Source of the DNA: a virus
DNA: 52,653 nt
UHGV virus genome: UHGV-0083175
Strand: one strand, 5' to 3'
The first letter of the stretch is position 1; each line of letters starts with the position of its first letter. Below are positions 31,933 through 41,282 of this stretch, one piece after another. The notes beneath the pieces are model-generated. The model did not search any database. It saw only the letters and a list, made by a program, of their open reading frames with translations, and was not told the DNA's origin. The translations under genes were made by a program, and so were the position numbers.

Positions 31933-33333
31933 ATACCCAAAAAAAACAGCAAGTCCACGCTGGCTGCCGGGATCATGATGACGGCGCTGTTACTGAACTG
32001 GCGGCAGGCGGCGGGCTACACCATTCTGGCCCCGACCGTGGAGGTGGCGGCTAATGCCTTCAATCCTGCCAGGGATATGGTACGACGGGACGATGATCTG
32101 GATGACCTCTGTCAGGTGCAGACACATATCCGGACCATCACCCATCGGGTGACGGACACCACCCTGAAGGTGGTGGCAGCCGATCCGAATACGGTGTCCG
32201 GTATCAAGTCCGTGGGGACACTGATTGATGAACTGTGGCTGTTTGGCAAGCAGTACAAAGCGGAGGACATGTTACGTGAAGCCATAGGTGGCCTTGCCTC
32301 CCGCCCGGAAGGGTTTGTGGTGTATACGACCACCCAGTCGAATGAACCGCCCGCCGGGGTGTTCAGACAGAAACTGCAGTACGCCCGGGATGTGCGCGAC
32401 GGCAAAATTCATGATCCGCACTTTCTGCCGGTGATATTTGAGCATCCGCCGGAGATGGTGGAGCGCGGTGAGCACCTGCTGATGGAAAACCTCGCCATGG
32501 TCAATCCGAATCTCGGTTATTCGGTGGATGAGGCCTTTCTGTACCGGGAGTATCGTAAAGCCCGGGAAGCCGGTGAAGATACATTCCGGGGGTTCATGTC
32601 AAAACACGCCAATGTGGAAATTGGTCTTGCCCTGCGTTCTGACCGCTGGGCGGGTGCGGATTTCTGGGAGCAGCAGGGCAGGCGCGTCAGCCTGGACGAT
32701 ATTCTGCAGCGCGCTGATGTGGTGACGGTGGGGATTGACGGCGGGGGCCTGGATGATCTGCTGGGAATGTACGTGATTGGCCGTGACAGGGAAACCCGCG
32801 AATGGCTGGGCTGGGGCCATGCCTGGGCGCATGAAACCGCGGTGGTCAGACGGAAGAGTGAGGCATCCCGTTTTCAGGATTTTGTGGCCTGTGGAGACAT
32901 GACGATTGTCCGTCGGGTCGGGGATGACACGGCGGAAGTGGCGGAGTATGTGCGTCGTATTCATGAGGCTGAGTTACTGGATCATATCGGTATTGACCCG
33001 TCAGGTGTGGGGCAGATTCTGGATTCACTGGCGGAAGCCGGGATCCCCGACGGAATTGTTGTGGGGATAAGCCAGGGCTGGAAGCTGGGCGGGGCCATCA
33101 AAACCACCGAGCGCAAACTGGCTGAGGGAGTGCTGGTGCATGGTGGTCAGCCACTGATGGCCTGGTGCGTTGGCAATGCCCGGGTGGAGCCTAAAGGTAA
33201 CGCCATCCTTATTACCAAACAGGCCAGCGGACGGGGGAAAATTGACCCGCTGATGGCGCTGTTCAATGCGGTATCCCTGATATCCCTGAATCCGGAGCCC
33301 AAAAAGAAAGAATATGCGGTTTTTTTCATATAA
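31933..33333 (+). pseudogene. terL: Terminase large subunit, 3' fragment
   Basis: The frame is open from 31933 (IPKKNSKSTLAAGIMMTALLLNW...). The track ORF begins at the internal ATG 31975. It continues 22099-22380. Confidence 0.85.
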
Positions 33334-33396
33334 CCCTGTTCACCCTGTAACCATCATGGACCGCTGCGGCGGTTTTTTTATTTTCAGGAGGCTGAT

Positions 33397-35334
33397 GTGA
33401 CTCTTAAACGGGCCTGCTCCCTGCTGACGGTGAAATCCTTCAGTGAGGATGAGCGGGTGATCACCGGGATTGCGTCAACGCCTTCTCCGGATCGGGATGG
33501 TGACATCCTGGAGCCGGAGGGCGCGGAGTTTGGCAGTGCGATCCCGTTTCTCTGGCAGCATGACCATTCCCGCCCGGTGGGGCAGTGTACGGTGCGCCGG
33601 GTCAGCGAAGGGCTGGAAATCACGGCAACACTGGTGAAGCCCGTGCCGGATATGCCGTCGCAACTGGCTGCCCGGCTGGATGAGGTCTGGGCGGCCATTA
33701 AGACCGGGCTGGTCAGGGGGCTGTCCGTGGGCTTCCGTCCCCATGAATACACCTTTCTGGACGGAGGTGGACTGCATTTTCTGCGCTGGGAGCTGATGGA
33801 GGTGTCTGCCGTTACCGTGCCCGCGAATGCGGAATGCACCATCCGGACCATTAAATCTTACGACCGCCCGTTTTCTGCCGCGTCCGGCAACCGGAAACCG
33901 GTGGTGAAAATCGCATCTTCTGCCGGCGCTGCGGCACAGTCAACAACCGTTTTTCATAAGGAAAAGACCATAATGAATATTGGCGAACAGATTAAAAGTT
34001 TTGAAAACAAGCGTGCAGCGCTGGCAGCCTCCCTTGAGGAGGTCATGACCAAAGCCGCAGAGGAAGGGCGCACGCTGGATGTGGAGGAGGAGGAGCATTA
34101 CGACAACACCGCAGCGGAAATCCGTCAGGTGGATGCGCACCTGAAGCGCCTGCGTGAACTGGAAGCCGGTAAGGCCGCCACGGCGCAGCCAGTGAAACAG
34201 GCCGGTAACGGGAATGTGGCCGCGGTGGCTTCTGCGCCGGTGATCCGTGTGGAGCAGAAACTGGATAAGGGGATTGGTTTCGCACGTTTTGCCAAATCGC
34301 TGGCTGCGGCTAAAGGTGTCCGCTCTGAAGCCCTGGAAGTGGCCCGTCGTCAGTATCCGGATGACAGTCGTCTGCATCATGTCCTGAAATCGGCAGTGGG
34401 CGCGGGGACCACCACGGATCCGCAGTGGGCAGGCAGCCTGTCTGAATATCAGGAATACGCACAGGACTTTATTGATTACCTGCGTCCTCAGACCATTATC
34501 GGGCGATTTGGTCAGGGCGGGATCCCTGCACTTCGTCAGGTGCCGTTCAATATCCGTGTGCACGCCCAGGTGTCCGGCGGTGCTGCCGGCTGGGTGGGTG
34601 AGGGTAAGGCAAAACCCCTGACGAAGTTTGATTTTGAATCCATCACCTTCAGTCATGCGAAGGTGTCGGCCATTGCGGTACTGACGGAAGAATTGATCCG
34701 TTTTTCCAGTCCGGCTGCTGATGCACTGGTCCGTAATGCGCTGGCGGAAGCGGTGGTGGCGCGTCTGGATACAGACTTTGTGGACCCGAAAAAAGCGGCG
34801 GTGGCAGATGTCTCCCCGGCGTCCATCACCCATGATGTGAAGGGCACGGCATCAAGCGGTAACCCGGATGCGGATGCAGAGGCTGCGTTTGGACAGTTTG
34901 TGGCAGCAAACCTGCAGCCCACCGGTGCGGTCTGGCTGATGTCCAGCACAAATGCCCTGGCACTGTCCATGCGTAAAAATGCGCTGGGTCAGAAAGAATA
35001 CCCGGACATGACCCTGCTGGGTGGCTCCTTCCAGGGGCTGCCGGTGATTGTCTCTCAGTACGTGGGTGACCAGCTGGTGCTGGTGAATGCCCCGGATATT
35101 TATCTGGCGGATGACGGCGGCGTGGCAGTGGATATGTCCCGCGAGGCATCACTGGAAATGCAGTCTGAGCCGACCGGCGACAGTACCACGCCGTCGCCGG
35201 TGGAGCTGGTTTCCATGTTCCAGACAGGCAGCGTGGCCATCCGTGCGGAGCGCTGGATCAACTGGCGTCGTCGCCGTACCGCGGCGGTGGCGGTGATCAC
35301 CGGAGTGAACTATGGCAGTGCGTCCGGCGGCTGA
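33397..35334 (+). CDS. Prohead protease - major capsid protein fusion (HK97 type)
   Basis: The N-terminus is an HK97-family protease (..GIASTPSPDRDGDILEP.GA.F....P.LWQHD...PVG), followed by a coiled-coil linker and a C-terminal HK97-like capsid domain. Confidence 0.85.
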   Translation: MTLKRACSLLTVKSFSEDERVITGIASTPSPDRDGDILEPEGAEFGSAIPFLWQHDHSRPVGQCTVRRVSEGLEITATLVKPVPDMPSQLAARLDEVWAAIKTGLVRGLSVGFRPHEYTFLDGGGLHFLRWELMEVSAVTVPANAECTIRTIKSYDRPFSAASGNRKPVVKIASSAGAAAQSTTVFHKEKTIMNIGEQIKSFENKRAALAASLEEVMTKAAEEGRTLDVEEEEHYDNTAAEIRQVDAHLKRLRELEAGKAATAQPVKQAGNGNVAAVASAPVIRVEQKLDKGIGFARFAKSLAAAKGVRSEALEVARRQYPDDSRLHHVLKSAVGAGTTTDPQWAGSLSEYQEYAQDFIDYLRPQTIIGRFGQGGIPALRQVPFNIRVHAQVSGGAAGWVGEGKAKPLTKFDFESITFSHAKVSAIAVLTEELIRFSSPAADALVRNALAEAVVARLDTDFVDPKKAAVADVSPASITHDVKGTASSGNPDADAEAAFGQFVAANLQPTGAVWLMSSTNALALSMRKNALGQKEYPDMTLLGGSFQGLPVIVSQYVGDQLVLVNAPDIYLADDGGVAVDMSREASLEMQSEPTGDSTTPSPVELVSMFQTGSVAIRAERWINWRRRRTAAVAVITGVNYGSASGG

Positions 35335-35378
35335 GTCTGATAAGGAGGACGGGAGGCGTGTGCCTCCCGTAACAGGTT

Positions 35379-35600
35379 ATGGCAAAGATCCGATATCTGC
35401 AGGGCACGCATGATGCCCGGGCCGGGGATATCCGTGATGTGGCACAGCCGTGTGCGGAGGTGCTGGTTCGCCTGGGAAAGGCGGAGTACATCACGGTGCG
35501 ACGTCCGGCAGGTCAGAAAAAGAAACGTGATGCGGAGCATGGCGAATGTGGAACCTTTTACGGCGAACCCGAAAAAACCAGAAATCAGGACGTGACGTAA
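35379..35600 (+). CDS. Hypothetical small head-module protein
   Basis: 73-aa ORF whose 3' end overlaps the portal gene start. Confidence 0.4.
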   Translation: MAKIRYLQGTHDARAGDIRDVAQPCAEVLVRLGKAEYITVRRPAGQKKKRDAEHGECGTFYGEPEKTRNQDVT

Positions 35601-36910
35601 GAGAGGCGGGCTGGACCAGCCTGTTTCAGGCGGTGGCTGAGCCCTTTTCCGGCGCCTGGCAGCAGGGCGTGAAAGCCGATCCTGAAGCCGTCCTCTCCTT
35701 TCATGCGGTGTTTGCATGTATTTCGCTGATATCCCAGGATATCGCCAAAATGCGGCTGCGTCTTATGCAGACGGATGCGCAGGGGATACGCAGGGAAACG
35801 CGCCGGGGGGATATTGCCCGCCTCTGTCGTCGTCCCAACGCCCAGCAGAACCGCATCCAGTTTTTTGAACTGTGGCTGAACGCCAAACTGCGTCACGGCA
35901 ATACGGTGGTGCTGAAAATCCGTAATGCCCGGGGGCAGATCAAAGAACTGCGTATTCTGGACTGGAACCGGGTTGAACCTCTGGTGGCGGATGACGGCGA
36001 GGTGTTCTACCGCATCACGCCGGACCGGAACTGCGGGATCACTGAGGCGGTGACGGTGCCTGCCCGGGAAGTGATCCACGACCGGTTTAACTGTTTTTTT
36101 CATCCGCTTATAGGGTTGCCGCCGGTGTATGCCGCCGGGCTGGCGGCCACGCAGGGGCATCATATTCAGGAAAATTCGACGTCTTTTTTCAGAAATGGCG
36201 GCAGGCCGTCCGGGGTGATTGAGATCCCCGGCAGTATTACGGAAGAAAATGCGAAAAAACTGAAGAGCAACTGGGACAGCGGGTATACAGGCGAAAATGC
36301 GGGGAAAACGGCCATTCTGAGCAACGGGGCAAAATACAACCCCACGACGTTTTCACCGGTGGATTCGCAGACGGTGGAACAACTGAAGATGACCGCTGAA
36401 ATTGTCTGTTCGGTGTTCCGTGTCCCGGCCTACAAGATTGGCGTGGGACAACCGCCTTCCAGTGACAACGTGGAGGCGCTGGAGCAGCAGTATTATTCTC
36501 AGTGCCTGCAGACGCTGATTGAGTCCATTGAACTGTTACTGGATGAGGCGCTGGAAACGGGGGAAAACGAGAGTACGGAATTTGATGTCACCACGCTGCT
36601 GAGAATGGACAGTGAGCGGCGCATGAAAACGCTGGGGGATGCGGTGAAAAATACGCTTCTCACGCCCAATGAGGCCCGTAAACGGGAGAACCTGCCGCCC
36701 CTGGCCGGCGGTGATGCACTGTATCTTCAGCAGCAGAACTACAGTCTGGAAGCGTTGTCCCGCCGTGATGCCCGTGAAGATCCGTTCGCGTCGTCCGGTA
36801 AAACAGCTTCCGTGCCTCAGGCGGTCGTTGCCTCTGACGGTAATAAGGCAATCACTGAAACAGAGCATGATGCGGTGAAGGCGATGTTCAGGGGGATTCT
36901 GAAAAAATGA
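35546..36910 (+). CDS. Portal protein (HK97 family)
   Basis: ..VLSFHAVFACISLISQDIAKMRLRL.. and downstream portal-typical blocks; 454 aa. Confidence 0.85.
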   Translation: MWNLLRRTRKNQKSGRDVREAGWTSLFQAVAEPFSGAWQQGVKADPEAVLSFHAVFACISLISQDIAKMRLRLMQTDAQGIRRETRRGDIARLCRRPNAQQNRIQFFELWLNAKLRHGNTVVLKIRNARGQIKELRILDWNRVEPLVADDGEVFYRITPDRNCGITEAVTVPAREVIHDRFNCFFHPLIGLPPVYAAGLAATQGHHIQENSTSFFRNGGRPSGVIEIPGSITEENAKKLKSNWDSGYTGENAGKTAILSNGAKYNPTTFSPVDSQTVEQLKMTAEIVCSVFRVPAYKIGVGQPPSSDNVEALEQQYYSQCLQTLIESIELLLDEALETGENESTEFDVTTLLRMDSERRMKTLGDAVKNTLLTPNEARKRENLPPLAGGDALYLQQQNYSLEALSRRDAREDPFASSGKTASVPQAVVASDGNKAITETEHDAVKAMFRGILKK

Positions 36911-38292
36911 ATGAACGTGAACTGTCCATTATCCGTGCGCTGGGTGAAGAATTTTCCGCAGTGCTGGCGGATTTACAGCGCACATTTGAGGGGAAAATAG
37001 CCGCGCAGGCACAAACGTTTGAAGAAAAACTGGCTTCCCTGTCTGTGGTATTACAGAAGTGCGTGACGGGCGATGATGTGCGTCCGATGCTTGAGCAGAT
37101 GGTGAAGGAGGCGGTAAGCCATATCCCTGTTCCGCGCGACGGTCGTGACTATGATCCGGAAGTACTGCAGAAGGCGGTGAATGATGCTGTCGGGAAAATA
37201 CCGGTACCGGCGAACGGTAAAAGTATTACTCCCGATAGTGTGCGTCCGATGATTGAGCAGATGGTGAAGGAGGCTGTAAGCCATATTCCTGTTCCGCGCG
37301 ACGGTCGTGACTATGATCCCGATGTTCTGCAGAAGGCGGTGAATGATGCGGTCGCAAATATTCCGCAGCCGGCGGACGGTAAAAGTCTCACCCCGGATGA
37401 TGTGCGTCCGATGCTTGAACAGATGGTGAAAGAGGCAGTGAGCCATATTCCTGTTCCGCGTGATGGTCGTGACTACGATCCGGAAGTACTGCAGAAGGCG
37501 GTGAATGATGCAGTCGCAAATATTCCGCAGCCGGCGGACGGTAAAAGTCTCACCCCGGATGATGTGTGTCCGATGCTTGAGCAGATGGTGAAGGAGGCAG
37601 TGAGCCATATTCCTGTTCCGCGTGATGGTCGTGACTACGATCCGGAAGTACTGCAGAAGGCGGTGAATGATGCAGTCGCAAATATTCCGCAGCCGGCAGA
37701 CGGTAAAAGTATCACCCCGGATGATGTGCGTCCGATGCTTGAGCAGATGGTGAAGGAGGCGGTAAGCCATATTCCTGTTCCGCGTGATGGTCGTGACTAT
37801 GATCCGGATGTTCTGCAGAAGGCGGTGAATGATGCGGTGAGTGCCCTGCCGGCTCCGCAGGACGGGCGTGATGCCACTGCACTGGAAATACTCCCTGCCA
37901 TTGACGATCAAAAATCCTTTCCCCGGGGCACGTATGCCACACACCAGGGCGGACTCTGGCGGGCGTATGAAAAAACGCACGGGATGCGGGGATGGGAATG
38001 CCTGGTTGACGGGGTGGCGGATATTGACGTCAGCATGACGGGTGAACGGTTGTTCTCTGTGGTGGTCCGGCAGAGCAGTGGCCAGCGTACGGAAAAAACA
38101 TTTTCCCTGCCGGTGATGCTCTACCGCGGTGTGTTCAGAGCCGGTGAAACCTACCACCCCGGCGATACGGTGACGTGGGGGGGCTCGCTGTGGCACTGCA
38201 ACAGTATGACCGGTGATAAACCCGGAGAAGCTCATTCATCAGGCTGGGCCCTGGCTGCAAAACGTGGGCGGGATGCAGGAGGCGGAAAATGA
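36907..38292 (+). CDS. Repeat-containing virion protein (possible head decoration/fibre) with a C-terminal carbohydrate-binding-like motif
   Basis: Five 54-aa repeats. The C-terminus YHPGDTVTWGGSLWHCNSMTGDKPGE...GW resembles a CBM5/12-type motif. Confidence 0.65.
   Translation: MNERELSIIRALGEEFSAVLADLQRTFEGKIAAQAQTFEEKLASLSVVLQKCVTGDDVRPMLEQMVKEAVSHIPVPRDGRDYDPEVLQKAVNDAVGKIPVPANGKSITPDSVRPMIEQMVKEAVSHIPVPRDGRDYDPDVLQKAVNDAVANIPQPADGKSLTPDDVRPMLEQMVKEAVSHIPVPRDGRDYDPEVLQKAVNDAVANIPQPADGKSLTPDDVCPMLEQMVKEAVSHIPVPRDGRDYDPEVLQKAVNDAVANIPQPADGKSITPDDVRPMLEQMVKEAVSHIPVPRDGRDYDPDVLQKAVNDAVSALPAPQDGRDATALEILPAIDDQKSFPRGTYATHQGGLWRAYEKTHGMRGWECLVDGVADIDVSMTGERLFSVVVRQSSGQRTEKTFSLPVMLYRGVFRAGETYHPGDTVTWGGSLWHCNSMTGDKPGEAHSSGWALAAKRGRDAGGGK
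37078..37887 (+). repeat. 5 x 162-bp in-frame tandem repeat
   Basis: Units start at 37078, 37240, 37402, 37564 and 37726. Each encodes VRPMLEQMVKEAVSHIPVPRDGRDYDPEVLQKAVNDAVANIPQPADGKSLTPDD. Confidence 0.9.
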
Positions 38293-38615
38293 CGGCATTA
38301 CTGACACTGGAAGAGATCAAGGCACATCTGCGTGTCGACCATGACGCGGATGATGACATGCTGATGGAGAAGGTTCGTCAGGCTACCGCCGTGCTGCTGG
38401 CCTACATTCAGGGCAGCCGGGATAAAGTGATTCGTGAGGACGGTGAACTGATCCCGGGCGAGGCATTAACCCGGATGAAGGGGGCTGCCATGCGACTGAC
38501 CGGGATGCTGTACCGGAATCCGGATCTTGCGGAGCGGGAAGAACTGCTTCAGGGGGAGCTGCCGTTTTCTGTTTCCGTGCTGATTTACGATTTGCGTTGT
38601 CCGACGGTGTTATGA
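38289..38615 (+). CDS. Head-tail connector (gp6-like)
   Basis: MTALLTLEEIKAHLRVDHDADDDML.. is typical of the gp6-like family. Confidence 0.75.
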   Translation: MTALLTLEEIKAHLRVDHDADDDMLMEKVRQATAVLLAYIQGSRDKVIREDGELIPGEALTRMKGAAMRLTGMLYRNPDLAEREELLQGELPFSVSVLIYDLRCPTVL

Positions 38616-38624
38616 GGAGGGGGA

Positions 38625-38975
38625 ATGGCAATATCTGCAGGTCGTCTGACACAGATGATAAGTGTTCTGAACCCGGTGTTAACCCGTAATGCTGCCGGAG
38701 AAATGACGGAAGAATGGGTGTCATGCGGGAAAATTCATGCGGATATCCGTGGCAGGAGCAGCCGGGAGCGGATGCAGTCCGGTGCGGAAATGGCGCAGGC
38801 GGAAATCCGCATCTGGGTGCGCGGTCAGTCCGGTCGGGAAATCACGGCAGCGTCACGACTTCATGTGCTGAGTGGTCCCTGGCGTGACCGGATCCTGAAC
38901 GTTGTCGGGCTGCCCGTGCCGGATGCGACCGGCGGACGTCTGGAAATTCTCTGTCGGCTGGGAGGGGAAAAATGA
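38625..38975 (+). CDS. Head closure / head-tail adaptor protein
   Basis: Position, size and ..AGRL...I......TRNAAGE..E.W.....HA.I.. pattern. Confidence 0.7.
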   Translation: MAISAGRLTQMISVLNPVLTRNAAGEMTEEWVSCGKIHADIRGRSSRERMQSGAEMAQAEIRIWVRGQSGREITAASRLHVLSGPWRDRILNVVGLPVPDATGGRLEILCRLGGEK

Positions 38976-39418
38976 TCGAAACCCTGCTGGATTTTTCGGG
39001 GCTGGAGGACATCAGCCGCGATTTGCAGCTTCTGAGTGGTACGGAAAACAACCGGGTGCTGCGTGAGGCAACCCGTGCGGGTGCGAATGTGCTGAAAGAA
39101 GAAGTGGTGTCACGGGCACCGGTGCGCAGGGGAAAACTGCGCCGCAATGTGGTGGTCCTTTCCCGGCGCTCCCGCGATGGCGGGATGGAATCCGGTGTCC
39201 ATATCCGTGGTGTTAATCCGGACACCGGTAACAGCGATAACACCATGAAGGCGGATAACCCGCGCAATGCTTTCTACTGGCGGTTTGTGGAAATGGGGAC
39301 CGTGAATATGCCACCGCACCCGTTTGTGCGCCCGGCGTTTGATGTGCGCAGTGAACAGGCAGCGCAGGTGGCGATTGCGCGGATGAACCGGGCCATTGAT
39401 GAGGTACTGAGACGATGA
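38972..39418 (+). CDS. HK97 gp10-family tail-head joining protein
   Basis: Position plus ..NRVLREATRAGANVLKEEV..RAP...G.L... Confidence 0.7.
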   Translation: MIETLLDFSGLEDISRDLQLLSGTENNRVLREATRAGANVLKEEVVSRAPVRRGKLRRNVVVLSRRSRDGGMESGVHIRGVNPDTGNSDNTMKADNPRNAFYWRFVEMGTVNMPPHPFVRPAFDVRSEQAAQVAIARMNRAIDEVLRR

Positions 39419-39759
39419 CGGAGGCGGATTTGTATCCTCATCTGGCGCATCTTGCCGGCGGGCAGGTGTACCCGTATGTGGTCCCCCTGCTGGATGGCAG
39501 GCCGTCGGTGGCGCTTCCGTGGGTGGTTTTCAGCCTGATTTCATCGGTGTCTGCGGACGTGATGGGCGGGCAGGCGGAGTCCTCAGTGGCGGTGCAGATA
39601 GACGTTTATGCCGGGACTGTGACGCAGGCGCGTCAGATACGTCAGGACGCCCGTGAAGCCATAATGCTGCTGGCCCCGGGATCCGTCAGTGAAATGCAGG
39701 ACTATATTCCGGAAAACCGCTGTTACCGTGCAACCCTGGAGTTTCAGGTCACGGTGTGA
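39415..39759 (+). CDS. Tail completion protein (DUF3168-like)
   Basis: Position and size within an HK97-type connector set. Confidence 0.55.
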   Translation: MTEADLYPHLAHLAGGQVYPYVVPLLDGRPSVALPWVVFSLISSVSADVMGGQAESSVAVQIDVYAGTVTQARQIRQDAREAIMLLAPGSVSEMQDYIPENRCYRATLEFQVTV

Positions 39760-39787
39760 CTTTTTCTTTTTTCTACAAAACCCATAC

Positions 39788-39808
39788 CCCGCCGCGTGCG
39801 GGTTTTTT
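39788..39808 (+). terminator. Short GC hairpin + T6 upstream of the major tail gene
   Basis: CCCGC-cgcgt-GCGGG followed by TTTTTT. Confidence 0.45.
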
Positions 39809-39824
39809 ATTATCAGGAGGCAGA

Positions 39825-40541
39825 ATGTCTGCTTTGTATGAACGCTCACAGCTGACGCAGGTGATGATTTCATCTGCCCCGGCGACTGCTGAAACTATGG
39901 ATAAGGCGGAATATCTGCGCCTGGACTGCACCATCAAGGAAGTCCAGTTCACCGCCGGTCAGAAACAGGATATTGATGTGACCACGCTCTGCTCCACAGA
40001 GCAGGAGAACATCAACGGTCTGGGGGCGTCGTCCGAGATTTCCATGTCGGGTAATTTTTATCTGAATCAGGCCCAGAACGCCCTGCGTGATGCCTATGAC
40101 AATGACGCGTTGTATGCGTTTAAGGTGCTGTTTCCGTCCGGTAAGGGCTTTAAATTCCTGGCGGAAGTGCGTCAGCACACCTGGTCATCCGGTACCAACG
40201 GCGTGGTGGCTGCAACGTTCTCACTGCGTCTGAAAGGCAAACCGGTGTCCTTTGTGGTACCGCTGGCGTTTGTGAAAAATCTGGATAAGACACTTACCGT
40301 GAATACCGGTGTGCTGCTGACAATGTCAGTCAGTGCCAACGGGGGAACGCCGCCGTATAAATACGCCTGGAAGAAGGATGGTCAGCCGGTTGACGGGCAG
40401 ACGACAGACACCTTCAGTAAGCCAGGTGCGCAGTCCGCCGATGCGGGGAAATATACCTGCGTGGTGACTGATTCGGCAGAGAAAGCACAGAGTGTGACGT
40501 CTGTTGAATGCACCGTGACAGTGAGCGCAGCCGCCGGATAA
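39825..40541 (+). CDS. Major tail protein with C-terminal Ig-like domain
   Basis: ATG after CAGGAGG. The C-terminus ..GGTPPYKYAWKKDG.PV......T..........AG.Y.C.VTD is an Ig (I-set) pattern. Confidence 0.8.
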   Translation: MSALYERSQLTQVMISSAPATAETMDKAEYLRLDCTIKEVQFTAGQKQDIDVTTLCSTEQENINGLGASSEISMSGNFYLNQAQNALRDAYDNDALYAFKVLFPSGKGFKFLAEVRQHTWSSGTNGVVAATFSLRLKGKPVSFVVPLAFVKNLDKTLTVNTGVLLTMSVSANGGTPPYKYAWKKDGQPVDGQTTDTFSKPGAQSADAGKYTCVVTDSAEKAQSVTSVECTVTVSAAAG

Positions 40542-40555
40542 GGGGATGGGTCATC

Positions 40556-40930
40556 ATGAAAAAGGATCTGAAAACGCTGGCGCTGGCCAGACTGTCAGGG
40601 TTTCGTCATAAAACGGTGAAGGTGCCGGAATGGGGTAATGTCAGCGTGGTGCTGCGGGAGCCTTCGGCAGAGGCCTGGTATCTGTGGCAGGACGTGCTCA
40701 ATGGTGATGGAGAGGATGATGATACCCTGTCGGTGGTGGCGAAAACCCGCCGTAACCTGGAAGCGGATGTGACGCTGTTCTGCGATGTCCTGTGTGATAC
40801 GGATCTGCAACGGGTGTTCACTCCGGACGACCGTGAGCAGGTGCTGGCCGTCTATGGTCCGGTACATGCCCGCTTGCTGCGTCAGGCACTGGAACTGATC
40901 GCTGATGCAGAGTCGGTCAGAAAAAAGTAG
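40556..40930 (+). CDS. Tail assembly chaperone G
   Basis: It lies directly upstream of the tape measure gene and ends at the slippery A AAA AAG followed by TAG. Confidence 0.75.
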   Translation: MKKDLKTLALARLSGFRHKTVKVPEWGNVSVVLREPSAEAWYLWQDVLNGDGEDDDTLSVVAKTRRNLEADVTLFCDVLCDTDLQRVFTPDDREQVLAVYGPVHARLLRQALELIADAESVRKK

Positions 40931-41235
40931 CCCGCCCGGAAATTCGCTTTCTGATGCGACTTGCGCTCCGTCTGGGGCGCACCTTATCCGAACTGCGGCA
41001 CAGCCTGAGTGCGAGCGAGGCGATGATGTGGATGGAGTTCGACAGGATATCCCCGCTGGGTGATGAGCGCGGGGATATCCGTAATGCACAGATCGTGAAA
41101 GCGCTTTTCGGGGCACAGGGGATGAATGTTGCACTGAAGGACGCCATGCTCTGCTGGGGCGAGGATGAGGATAAGCCGGAGGTGGATCCGTTTGCGGCGC
41201 TGGAACACGCGCTGAGCTTTGCAGCACAGTCATGA
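40556..41235 (+). CDS. Tail assembly chaperone GT (-1 frameshift product)
   Basis: The -1 frame after 40927 reads KKVARPEIRFLMRLALRLGRTLSEL... (gpT/DUF4035-like). Confidence 0.65.
40921..40927 (+). promoter_or_regulatory. Programmed -1 frameshift slippery site (G/GT)
   Basis: A_AAA_AAG in the zero frame, one codon before the stop. The -1 frame runs on into ORF 40954-41235. Confidence 0.7.
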
Positions 41236-41282
41236 ATGATGAGAACCGCTGAGGCGGTTTTTTTACGCCCGGAGAAAGGTGA

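Noticed and set aside
33940-34833. 297-aa minus-strand ORF, together with other long antisense ORFs in the head/tail genes (40595-41311, 47146-47811, 50584-51189)
   Set aside because: All are embedded antisense in well-supported structural genes of a GC-rich region. There is no RBS or family signal.
37051-38235. 394-aa minus-strand ORF
   Set aside because: It is antisense to the 5 x 162-bp repeat gene. It stays open only because the repeat propagates a stop-free antisense frame, and its translation is repetitive and His/Arg-rich.
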